From NCBI GenBank assembly GCA_020536535.1, contig JAHLWZ010000911.1, positions 1 to 50,458 of the forward strand: DNA of 50,458 bases. The letters run 5' to 3'. The position numbers were made by a program, and so were the translations under genes. This document shows, piece after piece, positions 10,724-23,670 of the stretch (positions are counted from its first letter, which is position 1; the number at the start of each line of letters is the position of its first letter). The stretch is from Pelomyxa schiedti. Lineage: Eukaryota > Protista > Evosea. Under the pieces are notes generated by a model, which was not told where the DNA came from, did no database searches, and saw nothing but the letters and a program-made list of their open reading frames with translations.

Positions 10724-11597
10724 TTAGGTGAGCATTGATTTGACGGCAGCTTGGAAGATAGATGAAAGGCCTGTAGTGAGTGGTGAGGTAGAGGCGTTTG
10801 TTGTTTTAGAGATGTATACTGAAGTACCCAGTTTGGAGCTGGAACTGCACTGTATGTAGGCAACAGCACCAATTTCAAGTGCCAGTGCATCCCCCTCAGA
10901 CTTACTAACAGGGACTAAGTTGCGTTTTTTCAGTATTCTGAGAGCACTTGCGTTGTCTGTGATTCATTAGGCTTGTTTATTGACATGTAAACAAGGAGGA
11001 GACACAAACCAACGCGGTCAATGTGTGTCCCGATGAGTATGATTTTGGCTGCAGGGCAGTGGTGTTGCAGTTCTGGTATCCACTTGGACTTGGCGTTTTT
11101 GAATGAGGTTGGATTCATAACCGAAAAGCAGACCAAACCAACCTGCATATGGCTCTCAGAGAAAAGTAATTGTGAACTTAGCTTACATCAACTCCAAGGT
11201 AAGCAACTGGTCTGTACTCGTCGTACTCATCCATTCCTGAGGTGTCTCTTACTGTAAAAACGGTGTGGAAATGGTGAGAAGTGCAAACAAAAAAACAAAA
11301 GCATCTTTGGTGACTTACAAGACATGGTGTGTGAAACTCCATCAACTTCCACAGTTGCAGAGTAAGTTTTCTATACGATTTAATCCAGGAGTAGTTGCGC
11401 AGAAACACACACACGTCGGTTGTCTGTTCATATTCTTCAGGCATCTCCCCGTTGAGAAACGCATGGAGCAGGCAACTCTATTATGGGTGGCGCTGTTAAC
11501 ACAAAATGCTGCTGTGGACCTTCGTGACACCCATAATTACCTTCCCCACGTAGGTGTCTCCAATAAGGAGGGCCTTTATTGGTGTAGCTTTGGCCAT
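10724..11597 (-). CDS. Atypical Rho/Rac-family small GTPase
   Basis: Spliced translation: MAKATPIKALLIGDTYVGKSCLL...DTSGMDEYDEYRPVAY...CFSVMNPTSFKNAKSKWIPELQHHCP...IGTHID...YIQCSS...FQAAVKSMLT*. Confidence 0.88.
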
Positions 11598-11751
11598 CAC
11601 CGTTCGTTTTATCGTTTCTTTGGTTTGTTTTTATTTGAACCCGCACGAACTTCTTTATTAGAGGACGGAAAAAACAATCTCGGTTTAGCTTTTTGTATTT
11701 TTTCCCCTACCAATCTGCTATCTATTATCGCAATATGCGTTGTGCTTGTTT

Positions 11752-14700
11752 TTACAATTGTAAGTGATATCCCACGTGAGGCACCACTAGGCCTTCACCT
11801 TGGTACTCGTGGTAGTCAAATCTAATACGGCCATATCCCCCAATCCCACCAGTGTATGTGCTGTTGGGCTTGGTCCCAGCTTCACTCGGTAGTGGTGCCT
11901 CTGGCAGTATGGTGAAAGATTCCGATAGCCTAGCAGCTATCACCGGCGGCGGCTGGCTGTGCTTGCAGCAAGCTCCCCCATTTCCCCCCAGGCAGTGCAC
12001 TTCCCCCGTGTTGCTCAGCATAGTCTCCGCTTGCAGCACTATGCTCCCTCCCGCCCCCCCTCCTCCTCCCCCTCCGCCCCCGCCCCCGCTTCCGCTTCCC
12101 CCTCCGGATTCTGAGGCGGAATTTGTGTTGGCGGGCGAGCCGTTTTCGCCGTCTGCGGCGATGGTCCCGTGGTTGATGATGCTTTTGGCACAGATGTGGA
12201 TCACCCCGCCTCCTCGCCCGCCGCGCCCTGCTTCTATGACTTCTTTGACTGTTTCATTGTCTGTGCACGGGAGTTAGGGGGCGAAGAACTGGTCGTTAGT
12301 GTTTAGGTGGAACGAACTGACCTTGGCCGAAAATGAAGCCGGATCCACCTCCAGCTCCCATCCAGGGAGGGACTAAATCCTCATTCCCATGCATAAGACC
12401 TCCCTGTGGCAAATCAGAAGAACCTGTGCCGCGAGTTCCAAAACCACCACCGCCACCGCCACAGCAATGCACTGTGGGAGAGCATGTGGCGCTACCACCC
12501 CCACCGCCTCCACCATTGGGTTCCCTGCATTCACATCCAGTTCTAATTGGAGAGTCACCCTAGATTGAATTACAACGCATAGGGAAGTGTTTGGAGTACC
12601 TGGAATCCAACGCCAGAATAACCTATGAATCGAGTAGCTCTGCCCCCTGCATAACCTTTCCCAGACATATCGATTGCCCCACCTTTCTCTATCGTTAAAC
12701 TTTCAAGCACCTGAGATTGATGAATACATTAACACAACAAATAAGGGAGTATACTCTCAACTTGAGCCATCCCCCACAGCACCCATCCCATGCTGGGGCA
12801 GTGAGAACCCCTTTTGGCTTCACTTGTACCGTTTTAAACTGGTAAAACCGTCCAGGTTTCAGGACAACATGATTTGTAACAACCTGCATAAAATTAGTAT
12901 TTTACATTGATAAACTTGACCCAACCAAGTGTCCATCTGCTCCACACCCAGTGTCAATCTTTGTAGATCGGGGTGCTAGAGAGCCGAGGGATCCTATTAC
13001 TGGCCGAAGATCAGGTAGCTCAATTACAGGAAGTTCTAAAAAGTGTGAGAATCAAGCCAGACGCATCTCAATAATAATATTTAATATTATTCACGGTTAA
13101 TTGCTTTTTATTACAATGATTTGGGACAAACGGGCAACACATGGTTCCCAGTTCTGGCTCGGCATACTTCCAGCATTCAAGTTTTGTATTATAGCGTTCT
13201 TTTCCCACACTACTTCTATGTCACTTGTACATACTGATGCTACTTTGTTTTCAGACACCAGATTTTTCAATCTACCAATAACTTGTGCTAAGACTTTGCA
13301 CTGTGCTCGTAACTCTTCAATTCTGGACTTGGCTATAAGATCTGCTATCAAAGAGGCTTCCCTCTCCGACACAACTCTACGCAATTCATTAAAGACCATC
13401 TGTTCAGATAAGTTTGTTGAAATGCCGCGGCCATTGTCTACCTGGATATGCAAAGCTGATCTCTCAGTGGCAATGTCTAAAGAGGCACACGTATCAGATA
13501 CTACGCTGTATTTTTCAGTGAGGTTAACAAGTTGTTGTTGCACAGCAGTCACTCTTCTTTCAATCAAATTCCGTAACTCAGAAACAGCTTCCTCTATAGT
13601 TGCAATGTTGTGCCCCTTGTGGGTTCTGGAGTATGTTACCAACAGGAAACCACTTGTGCACTCACCCCATCACAGAACACATTGGACAAACAAGAGTTTC
13701 ATCATCCCTACAGTAGAGCTCTAGGGAATATGACGGGTGTTCGGCACAAATAAAGGTGCTCTTGGGTATTTGCTTCAGAGGGATCTTGCTATGAGTAAGA
13801 TGAGGAATGCGAGGGGAAAAACCTGACCCGCTTATGCTTTTGTTGTAGTTGGGTTGTGTGGCTGTTGTTAAAACATTTGTTGCACAGGGAACCCGGGCAG
13901 TTTATACAATAAACTGTTGCTGGATTTTTCTCGCACTCTTCACACATTGTGGACATTGTAACACCTTGAGGAAGACTAGCAATAACATCTTCACTGAAAG
14001 TAAGTGTTGAGTCATCAGAATCAGTGAGGTCATTCTTGGCTTTCGTGCCTTAAACTGAATTAATAATTGCCTATTCCTCAGGGGGATGAAGTACTTTGGC
14101 TCTCCATGGCTTCTAGTATGGTTGTGTCAAGTGGAAGCCCAACGGAACCGTTTTCTGGCCTAGCTGTTTGCAGTTTACATTTCTGACAAAAAAACCTGTT
14201 ATTACTGGCTTGGCAGACCAGCTCAAGACACTCTAGGAAGGGGGGAAAAAAGCATCAATAGTAAGATACTAACACCAAAAAACAAGGTATGCGCACCCTC
14301 ACAAAAAGTGTGATAGCAAGATAACAGCCTAGGAGCCTTCAATCCAGTTGGTTTGTATGGTTCATAGCATATAGAACATGAAAAATCTAATTCCAAGTTA
14401 TCCCATAAAGTAAGAATTGGTTTTTGTTTTTGTTTTTGTTTTTGTTTTTGTTTTTGTTTTTTTTTGTTTTTGTTTTTGTAAAAGTGCCTTCAGGAGTTAG
14501 GTTCCTCTTTTGTGTCTGAGGCAGAATGGCAGAGGTACTTCCTTTTGCAGCCGCAAAAGCAGCAGCAAGCGCCTGTGGGCTCGTGGCACCAGACTGCGTA
14601 GGAAGTGACCCTTTGGACGGCGAGGAGGCCCGCCTCTTACGCAGAGTCTTGAACAAGTTATCCGTACTTCTCTCCTTTCTGCCCTCGAACAGCGGTAGTG

Positions 14701-15013
14701 CCGCCACAGGCGATTGAAGCGAAGCTGAAGCGGAAGCCGAAGACGAAGGTGGAGTCCCCAAAGGCGAGGGGCAGAGGGACGAGGAGGAAGAGGGAGAGGG
14801 AGAAGACGAAGACGTCTGCCTATGGTGCTGGTGCTGGTGCAGGGCGGGAAGGCTGGCCGAGGTGGACAGGCCACAGGAGGAAAATTCAGAGGCTGAGCCA
14901 ACTCCTATTACTGAATCGGACTTGCGTTTGCTCTTCTTGTCATCCTTCTCACCCGAGTCTCTGTCTGAGACCTCGTCCTTGTCCTTGTGCCTGTCGTGTT
15001 TAATCAATTTCAT
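11752..15013 (-). CDS. TRIM-like protein: RING, two B-boxes, coiled coil and a glycine-rich C-terminal domain
   Basis: RING CSICYE...CYHTFCEGC...CQKC (~14380-14180). B-box1 CEECEKNPATVYCINC...CNKC. B-box2 CAEH...YCRDD...CPMC...HKGH. Coiled coil in ORF 13097-13642. Gly-rich exons at 12890-11752. Confidence 0.85.
14421..14479 (+). repeat. (TTTTTG)n microsatellite in a TRIM-gene intron
   Basis: Directly visible in the sequence. Confidence 0.85.
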
Positions 15014-15447
15014 CTTTTCGTTTTTTTTTTGGTGCCACACGAGAGGAATCTCGTGTTTCGTCGAACGAGAGAAGTACTGCATACGAAAGAAGAAAATCGG
15101 GAATGGTTCTGTGGTGGAAGATGGCGATGTCGGGCGTTGCAGTTGCGTTTTCAGAGGCGGCGGCGTTGTGTTGCGGAATTGGAATCCTGGTCGTGGCTGT
15201 TCGCTCTGAGGAATGTGCAACTGACAGTTTGGGTTCTGTATCTTCAGAGTCTGAGTCGCGGGACTGCGGACTGTTTGTGGCGTTCATTGTTCTTTCTGTT
15301 GTTGGAAATTCATTGTGGGGTCCTATCATGGCTCTTTTGCTGAACAAGTGGTGCGTTTGCAGTTTTACCGTGAATTAAGGAGTGAAATAAATGAATTGGA
15401 TTGAGGGCCTGTCTATTTTCTTCAATCTTGCTATTAGGTACGAACCA

Positions 15448-16488
15448 ATGGGATATATATTCAAGTTGCTTTGTTGTGGCTGCTTTGTAGTCACTGTAGT
15501 GGCGGCATTCATTGGGAAAAGTTCTATTGACACCCTCAAGGTTTTGATTTCCCATGGTCAAAAACCAAGCCAATGACTGAAAGCACAGTGTAGCTTGCAT
15601 AAATACAGACACGGTAGTCATTCTCGCCATAATATCTTGTGCTGTAAATTACCTTGCGGTTGCATGTGTTTTCCCCTGCCTCGTTCTTTTGCTCGGTATT
15701 TATTTGACGCCACTATTCTCCAGAATGTATGAGCGGCACATAACCTTAGCCTTTAAGCTTACTTATCAGGCAGGCAAATGAGATTGGAATCGCATCGCAC
15801 ATTGATGACTTCATCTGCATTTCCTTTTTCTGTTGATTTCTTTTCGGATTCAATTGGATTCAAAGTATATACTTCATACAACGTATTTCTTATTCTTAGT
15901 ACTTAGGGGAAACTAGGAATGTCCATGAGCCCTGGAAAGACAATCGGCAAATTTGCACGGGACCTCGAAATGGATGTTAAGAGTATCAAATCAGTGCACA
16001 ACTGCACCAAAGTCGTTGTACTACTACAAGAAGCAGAGTTTGCCGAGATAGGTCTTCCCAGTATCTCGAAGTACAATGAAATGCTTCATGATAATGGAAT
16101 TGAACTCATTCACTTTCCTGTTCATGATAAAGTAAGTACTCACAAATAAATATACTGTAAAAAATAATGCCATAAAGTGGATTCCAGACAGCATGTCTGC
16201 ATTTCACAAGCTAATCACCCACCTATGCAATCTTCTCAATGATGGTGAAACTATCCTGGTCCATTGCAGTGGCGGCAAAGGCCGCACAGCAACCGTTGTC
16301 ATTGCGTGCCTGTTGTATGCACGAATGTCATCTTCTGTTGGAACTGCGATTGCAGTGACAAGGAAAACTCGCCCAGGTCAGTTCCTTTGTGCCAACTTAA
16401 ACACTCACCCAAAAAAGGCACCATCAAAAACCCATTGCAACAATTCTTCCTCCACTGGTGGTACCACACGTACATCAAAGGAGTTTGA
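15448..16488 (+). CDS. CDKN3-like protein tyrosine/dual-specificity phosphatase with hydrophobic N-terminal exons
   Basis: LGMSMSPGK, RDLEMD, VVLLQEAEF, HFPVHD, the CX5R motif HCSGGKGRT and RPGTIKNPLQ. The start codon is uncertain (15391 or 15448). Confidence 0.85.
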
Positions 16489-16630
16489 TAGCTGTTGTGC
16501 TCAAGGATGTATTTTCTTTTGTTGCATTCTGTATTCACCTTTTTTTTCTATCTGTTGCACTTGAAAAAAAACGAGTTGTGGCATCTAAAAAATAAAAGAA
16601 TCATTGCTAAAAGAACCCTTTTTTAAAAAT

Positions 16631-18249
16631 TCAGACTAGGGAGTTGCCTAGAGCCTCCAGGAAACCTTCACTGTTTACTGTCACCCCAATTCTATGTGGG
16701 CCAGTTGGATCCAGTACAAATGAGGAATACCCAGCGTGTCTATGCATACAAATGTGGCCTTGTGCATAAGTTACAAAGGATCCTGGGTAGACTGCCTCAT
16801 ATGTAGTGAGAGGGTCATGTGGGCAGGTGCCGTTTATCTACATAGAAAAAGAAATGCTCTGTGAGGAAGTAATGTCAGGGAGGGCTGTGAGTCTCACCCG
16901 AGTTCTGAATATTCCACTTCTGTATTCAAACCACTCACGTAAGAGTAAACCAACAACCTCGGCGTCAGTGAATGGCTTTGTAGTTGCAGAGTCTCCAAAC
17001 CTTTGTTTTTTTTTGTACGTCAGAACAGCAGAGCATGTTTAAAGGAAAAAAACCTCAATAGCTCCTCGCACTTGGGACCTGTAAACCAGTTCTTTGTTGT
17101 AACTGTTGTATTGATGAAGGACATCGGAATTCCCGTCTCACACACAAAGGAAGCCGATTCAAGGTCTTGTTTGATATTATGGTCGGGGTAAAAAGAAAAA
17201 CTACAAGACGTGAATGACCTATAACTTGAAAAAAAGACTCACCACATTCCCGGTGTGATAGGGGCAGCCCTTTTTGGTATAGGAAAGTATATTTCTGCCC
17301 ACTTCGTTGGTACATCGTCATGCATTCTGCCACCTTGTGCCATGAACACAATGTGCTGGGTAGAATTAACAGAGAATTGCACAACCGTACTCCTTACCTT
17401 AATTTTGCCTGCAAGATCTGGTTGTTTCTTGACGGCAATGGCAACATTTGTCATAGCACCGATGCAGATCAAAGTAACCTCCCCTGGATATTGGTTAACC
17501 TTGAAGGAGTTAGTCATTAATATAGAATTGCTTCCTTAAGCACTCGCCTGGCTTGCAATGAAATCAGCAGCACTGGTTTGAGTTGATGGATCTTCAGTGC
17601 GAAGCTCCTCTACCTCAGTTTTGGATAGGAGGAGCATGTCACGAGTAACTCCTTCTGTTGATGTATACCAAGTTGTTTCAAATCCTGAACGTATGCCTGT
17701 GGCAGCTCCGGCTATGACAGGGGCAGATGCACAATTGAACCCAATGCTATTCTGAGAGCATAATAGGTACAAAGCAAAAAAGCTACACTGTGAATACCGG
17801 TTTTCTGGCCGCAACGGAATTGGGTAGTTTTGCGCCAGAGACAATTAGTTCACACAATTTGGCACGAAGCTTTGTACACCCATACACGGTTGTGATCTAC
17901 TCTCAGGTGAGTCAAAAGTGAGACTTAACATCTCCATACTCCCAACAACTCCACATCTTCCTTTGGAAAGTGCAATAGGGCGAGGAGAGCCAAAGAATCG
18001 TCGACATCTGACCCCAAATCAGTGTCAAATATAACTTTCCTTGGTTTCTAGTGCATTCAATTTAGCTTGAATTAGATGTTGCACGAAAATGCTGAAACAG
18101 GTGTCACTCACTGTGGAATTGGTAATAGCAACAAATGGGTCACTCAAAGAGGGAGTGGCAGAGGCAGAAGCAGAAGCAGAAGCAGAAGTTGTTGTGGAAC
18201 TGGTGGCACCCAGCCACCTTTGAATGGTTGCTACCTCTTCTGGGCTCAT
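16631..18249 (-). CDS. Inosine/uridine-preferring nucleoside hydrolase
   Basis: IFDTDLGSDVDDSLAL, ITTVYG, LICIGAMTNVAIA, MAQG and CPHDPL motifs across spliced exons. Confidence 0.9.
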
Positions 18250-18689
18250 CACCAAAGGCTAAGCCATAAAAAAACAAAAAAAAAAATTAAACTTGATAGG
18301 AATAGATACAAAACCACAATACGGGTGCTTTGGAACGCTCTTTCTCTTTCGTCTCCGTGTGCTTCAACGAGGCAGCACGTTGCCCTAAGATCTCTGCGAA
18401 CCCCCCACCCGACATCACTCGGTTTTTTGTTGTTTTTGTTGCCGAAGGAACTCAAAAACAAACTCGTTCAATTGAATCTCAGGGAATTCCCAGAACAAGT
18501 TCCCAGCAACGGGTGATCTACTGCAAGACGTGCTAGAAGTGAAATACAGGTGGCTCTTGTGAGGTTAGAATATCTTGTTTTTACAACTTCCAGTCAAACT
18601 ACTGGTGAATAAAAGCAGCAGAGATGTGAACTGGGTGGTTGGATTGAGGTAATTGCAGGTGGTGGAGAATTAATTTGGGATTCTAGTGT

Positions 18690-19800
18690 TCACAACAAAT
18701 TGCAGTGTGTCTTCTTGCCTCGGTCTGTTTTTCCAACGGCAGTCACAACCCGTATTGCAGTTTCAAAGACTTCATTAAGACCTGGATGCAGGTTTGAATT
18801 TGGAAACACTACTAGTGCTGGTATCTATTTAATACTTCAAGAATAGCAACAATAAAAACTCAGCTCTATATTATAATAGTAGGAAAGACCTTGTCTTGTT
18901 AGAGCAGAGCACTCCACGTAACCTTCGGCCTTTATATCTCTTGCAAGGTGTTCACCTTGAAGTGGGGTGAGGGGCTCTGAATGTTGCTCTTCCTGTAGTG
19001 TGGCTAGTGCTTCGGCATTATCTAGTGGGAGTTGGATTTATTTGAGTATTAGTGCACCACATACCTCTCAAGTCGGCCTTGGTACCGACAACAAGAAGTC
19101 GGGCACCAGGTTCATAGTGAGTAACCTCTGGAAGAAGGAAGATTAGGAACAGAAGGAATTTATCATTTAAATATACCAGGCCACCATTTTGTTTTTACGT
19201 TTTTATACGATATGGGGCTCATTACAGAGAAACATGTCATGAAAAGCTACAACTCGTAAGGTGTATTTAGGTGATAGAATGAAGTTCTACACACATCCGT
19301 GTGAGGATAAGCCAATGGCCGCAAACGGTCTAAGTGTGAATTAAAAGAAGAAGAGAGCGAGTGGAAGGCAAGAAAGAGTGTTACCATAGTCTTCTTGGCC
19401 TGCAGTGTCCCACACTAATCTATTATTAGAGTTGAAAGTCAGCCAACAAAAAAGTAGTGCATACAGCCAATAACGACGGTTTTATTTTCTACTGTAACAT
19501 TTTTACTGAAGTTATCCTTTGACATATGAGTGTATTCCAAATGGCAAGGGAACTCACAAAAACGGTTGGAACGTACTCCGTTGGGAATGCGTTCTTTGTC
19601 CAAGAAATCAATAGGCAAGTCTGATACAGTTGGAAACAAAACGATAACGAAACAGAGGTACCTTTCCAACACAACCATCACCCACAACAACAATCTACCC
19701 ATTCAAAAAAAAATTAGTTCTGGGGAATAGAAGTCTCTGCTTGCCTACAAGCAGGAAAAAAAAAGGAAAAAGACGAGGCCCACACCTTGATGGAGGTCAT
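18690..19800 (-). CDS. rac: Rac-family small GTPase with CAAX (CNLL)
   Basis: IVVVGDGCVGKTCLL, FPTEYVPTVF, WDTAGQEDYDRLRPL, VGTKADLR, ECSALT, and a basic tail ending CNLL*. Many short exons. Confidence 0.93.
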
Positions 19801-19944
19801 TTTTTTGTTTCTTAATTATTTTTCCGTTAAATTCCATGAAGGAACACGGTTCGTAATAATAAGAAGATCTGTTCTTTGAAATGTATCGTTTTGTTGCGGT
19901 TTGTGTGGATCACAGCAAACACTCGGCCTTTGGTTGGTTTTTGT

Positions 19945-22900
19945 CTACGAAACGTTGTAAACTCGCTTCAGAGCCTGTTGTGGGTGTTAGGTGGATAAAA
20001 TGTTTTGAGAGATGAAGGTTACTGTCATAGCACGGCCAGGAACAGATGAGCGGATTCTGGGCCATTCAGACGGGAGACTTATCCTTGGGTAGTGTACAAT
20101 CTGGCAAAACCGTTGTGCTAAGTCCTGAGAGGGTGACGGGTGTGCAAGGATACACTCGGCAACGAGTGTGTAGTGGGTGCAAATCACTGCCGGGTTCGCC
20201 ACTACGGAGGAAACCAGGCCTAAGAGAGCACTTTCACTTTCCTCTGACCAACCTTTATTTCTGAACATGTCGCGGATTTCCTATAAGAGTCATAAGTGTT
20301 CCCACCTCCCTTTCAGGCTCAAGATACTTTCAAAACTTTATCGAGGTGAGGTCCAACAAAATTCGGCGCAGATAGTCCTAATCGGCAGAAGCAAACGCAG
20401 ACATTCTCAAAAGGGTCACTGGGATACAGTGAATACAATCCATGTAATATTTTTGAAGGTATTCACCTTCCTACGGATTCGAGTACCGCAGTAACAAGTA
20501 GCGGTGCAAGTACCGGAGTGTAGTTGCTAATAGCTTCTCTTGCGTGCACTGCAATCTCACCCAATGCCCAACTAGCGTTGCTGCATACTCGTGCCACTTC
20601 TGATGGACAAATCAGTGAGAGTAAATTTGCAAAATTACCTGGGATAAGGTTATCAGCAAACCCTTGCATTACAGCATCTAGATGCGGGCTGAGAAGCTCA
20701 AAAGAAAATTTGGCAAGAACTCCAATAAATCCATAAGCACTCACTCTTACATTTGGGGCCGCAAACTGAGTTTTAGAACTTAGCTGTTTCTGTGTAAATC
20801 ATCCTTTAAATACTCACTCTGGTGCACTCCAGAACAGAAGGCATCAAGCTTGTGTGTTGGCACAAAGAGCCAAGATTTTTCAGGGACTCCCCGATAGCTG
20901 AGAGGAGATCCAGTGTATCTGCTAGAAAATTGTAGTGTGGTTCCTCATAATGAGAGTCTTGTTGAGCTACCTATGAGACGTGAGCACAATCGGCAATTAC
21001 CCGTAATGACAGGCATACAGCATGTTGCAAGAGAGTATTTTCCAGTATTTTAATGCTTCGGGGTACAATCATAGGTTCCAAGGGTAGGAAGCCTGTACCA
21101 AGTGCACTACAAATAGAGGCCAAGCACTCAATAAGTGGCAGTAGATTCCTTCAGTTATTTAATGGTGAAATTTATGGTATTAAAAATACTCGTCATTGTC
21201 AGCAAGAGCATTCCATTTAGAAATAAGCGGTGGAATCATGAGAGAAATGCACTGCTCATTATTCAGGGCGTCTTTCATTGATGTCGCCAGGGTAGAAATA
21301 CCATCATAAACGGTAAGTAGTGTGGATGGGTGATATGTTTGAAATGCTGTCATGAGAGCTTGCAAAATTACACCAACATAGTCAGTTAAAACCTCTTCAC
21401 CAACTTCCTCTAGTATTGCAAGGGAACTGCCAAAGCCGTTATTTTTTATTCGTTTCTTTTGGAGGGAATATGACCTGCAGGCTGCATGTCTGACTTTCAT
21501 TGACGGATCTTGCATTCGAAGTAAGATCGAATTCAAGAGTGGCTTCAAAAAGCGTTCAGGGTTATTTGAGTGAGCTGCGTTATTGGAAACCCACTCCCAG
21601 CAGCGACTCATTGACCAACATGTAATTGCTCTGATAGCAGACTATTGGAGTGAGTAATGTCTTAGGCAACAAAGCGATACTTTTGGGTGATTCATCTGCT
21701 GTATTAAAAATTCGAGTATCCCTGCCATGTGAGGTGATAAACCGGTACGGCAAGGTCGTGAAATGCAACCAAGCGCAAGTATTCCACATTCTTGAACTGT
21801 TAAGTCGGATTTAACAGGGGAATGGAGAAGAGATAATAACCAACATTGCCACAGTCTATCAGAATTCAAGGCTTGTTGGATCATGGGCAGCACCAGAGGC
21901 AACAATTCATCTTGAAATACACATGCCAAAGCCTCAACTGCATGACAAGAACTTTTGCGAATGTTCCAGTCCGTTTGACTGTCACCGTCGCTGTTGTGAT
22001 GTCAAAATTGCAAAAAACTACTTGAGGACCTACTCAAGACCAAGAGAAGGATTCTTTGCACTACAAAAAAAGTGTCAAGAAGTTTTTTCAATATTCTATT
22101 TTCATTACCTTCGGGCCTCTTCAATCTCTAGAAGGGTAATATCAAGATCAGTGTAAATCATGTTTTGTAGTAGAATAGGTAACAAGCTGAAGGAAAAACT
22201 TTAGGACAACCTACCTCCTCACAAAGAAAAACTTACTTCGGCAAGATTCCCTTCAGGGGGTGCTTAAATTCAGGAGATTCAACCGCAGCTACCCAGAAGG
22301 CACATGCTTCTATAGCAACCTTCTCCTCGGTATCCTTCCTGAACGTCAGCGCAGTAAGGGACATTCTTGGAATTATACTCGAGCAAAGTGCAAAACATGG
22401 GCCAAAACGTCATGAATATACGGAAGGAGAGCATCCACATGAATTTCTGCCAAGGTAACAAATACCCGGCATACACGGTGACGCACTTTATCGGCAGTGT
22501 CATTTACAAGTAAAAACAAACCCTAGCTCACTTTAGATAGGAATTTGGTCGGTGGTGATAAAAACCTTTAAAAGGGTATCCATATTTAATATTAGTGTGG
22601 GTGGAAGAGGGAAAATTAATTCAGCTGTGCAGCATAGTGAGTAGAACCGAAGTTGCTCTATTAATTGTTATGTGAGTGGAAAAGCATATGACCAGGATTA
22701 GGCTACCATGAGGGTGCTGGTAAAATTGGAACAGTTTAGGTAAAATGAATTGCAAAGGTTGCCCTAGAGCTTCACTGTCCAACTCGCTGCAGTAATCCTC
22801 AAATAGTAGCTGAAAAGTATACAGGGTTCCATCCAAAATTGGAAAGCTTTGGCTGTTGAGATTTCCCAGCAATCCTGGGATCAGCTCTGGCCAACCTATG

Positions 22901-23426
22901 AATACATGACATTAGATATCCTTCCTTTGAAAGAAGGAGTGGAACCAAGTCAAGACTACCAGCAAGCCCAGTTTTTTTTACAATTGAAGTTATGATGTTT
23001 GCCGCAGTGCGTCTGATGACGGATCTGTTGTCTCCTAGAATGTTTGCCACATCGGCTCTTAATGAAGCTTGTACGGAAGGTGCAATACTGCACTTTAGTG
23101 AGTTTCATTCTTAAGAGCAAACATACGTGGTGACGTTCTGCAATACAAAATTTTTGAGAGTTACTCCAGCAAATTCCCTCACGTGGTCAGGCTCGGACGT
23201 GCAATTGATCAACACAAACATTAGGTAACGCGCCCAGTCTGGATGTTGTTTCAACACCTCAAATTGCTGCAGAAAAAACACAGTAGAGGCAAGATGTTCA
23301 GGGGTTTTTCGCAACGAAACGAGAAAGCAATACCTTGAGAATAAGGGCTTGAGATGAAGCGTCATTTGCAACCCTGAGCAGCTGAAGTAACTGTTGAAGC
23401 GAACCAGGCTCCGGTACCCACGACAT
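19945..23426 (-). CDS. TNPO1: Transportin (karyopherin-beta2 / importin-beta2 family)
   Basis: MSWVPEPGSLQQLLQLL start, AGVTLKNF, FEDYCSELDSEALGQPL, EACAFW, DWNIRKSS, ECGILALGCI and CSNASWALGEIA. Confidence 0.88.
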
Positions 23427-23670
23427 TCAATTGCGTAAATTGTAGGATCTGCGAATCTGCCACTCAGCACTGCTTTTTGGAAAGGGTGGCATTTCAGCAG
23501 GGGAGTACCGTCAAAGCAACTACCTGAATGAAATCGCACAGAGCACACTTTGTGACAGCCGGGATCTTTACAACGACGCCCCAACTTGCCCTCAGCAGGC
23601 CAAGTTGAGAAATCTACGTGTAACAGCGGCAAGCCAAGAGCAAGTTTAAGTAAAAAAAACAAGGAATTAC

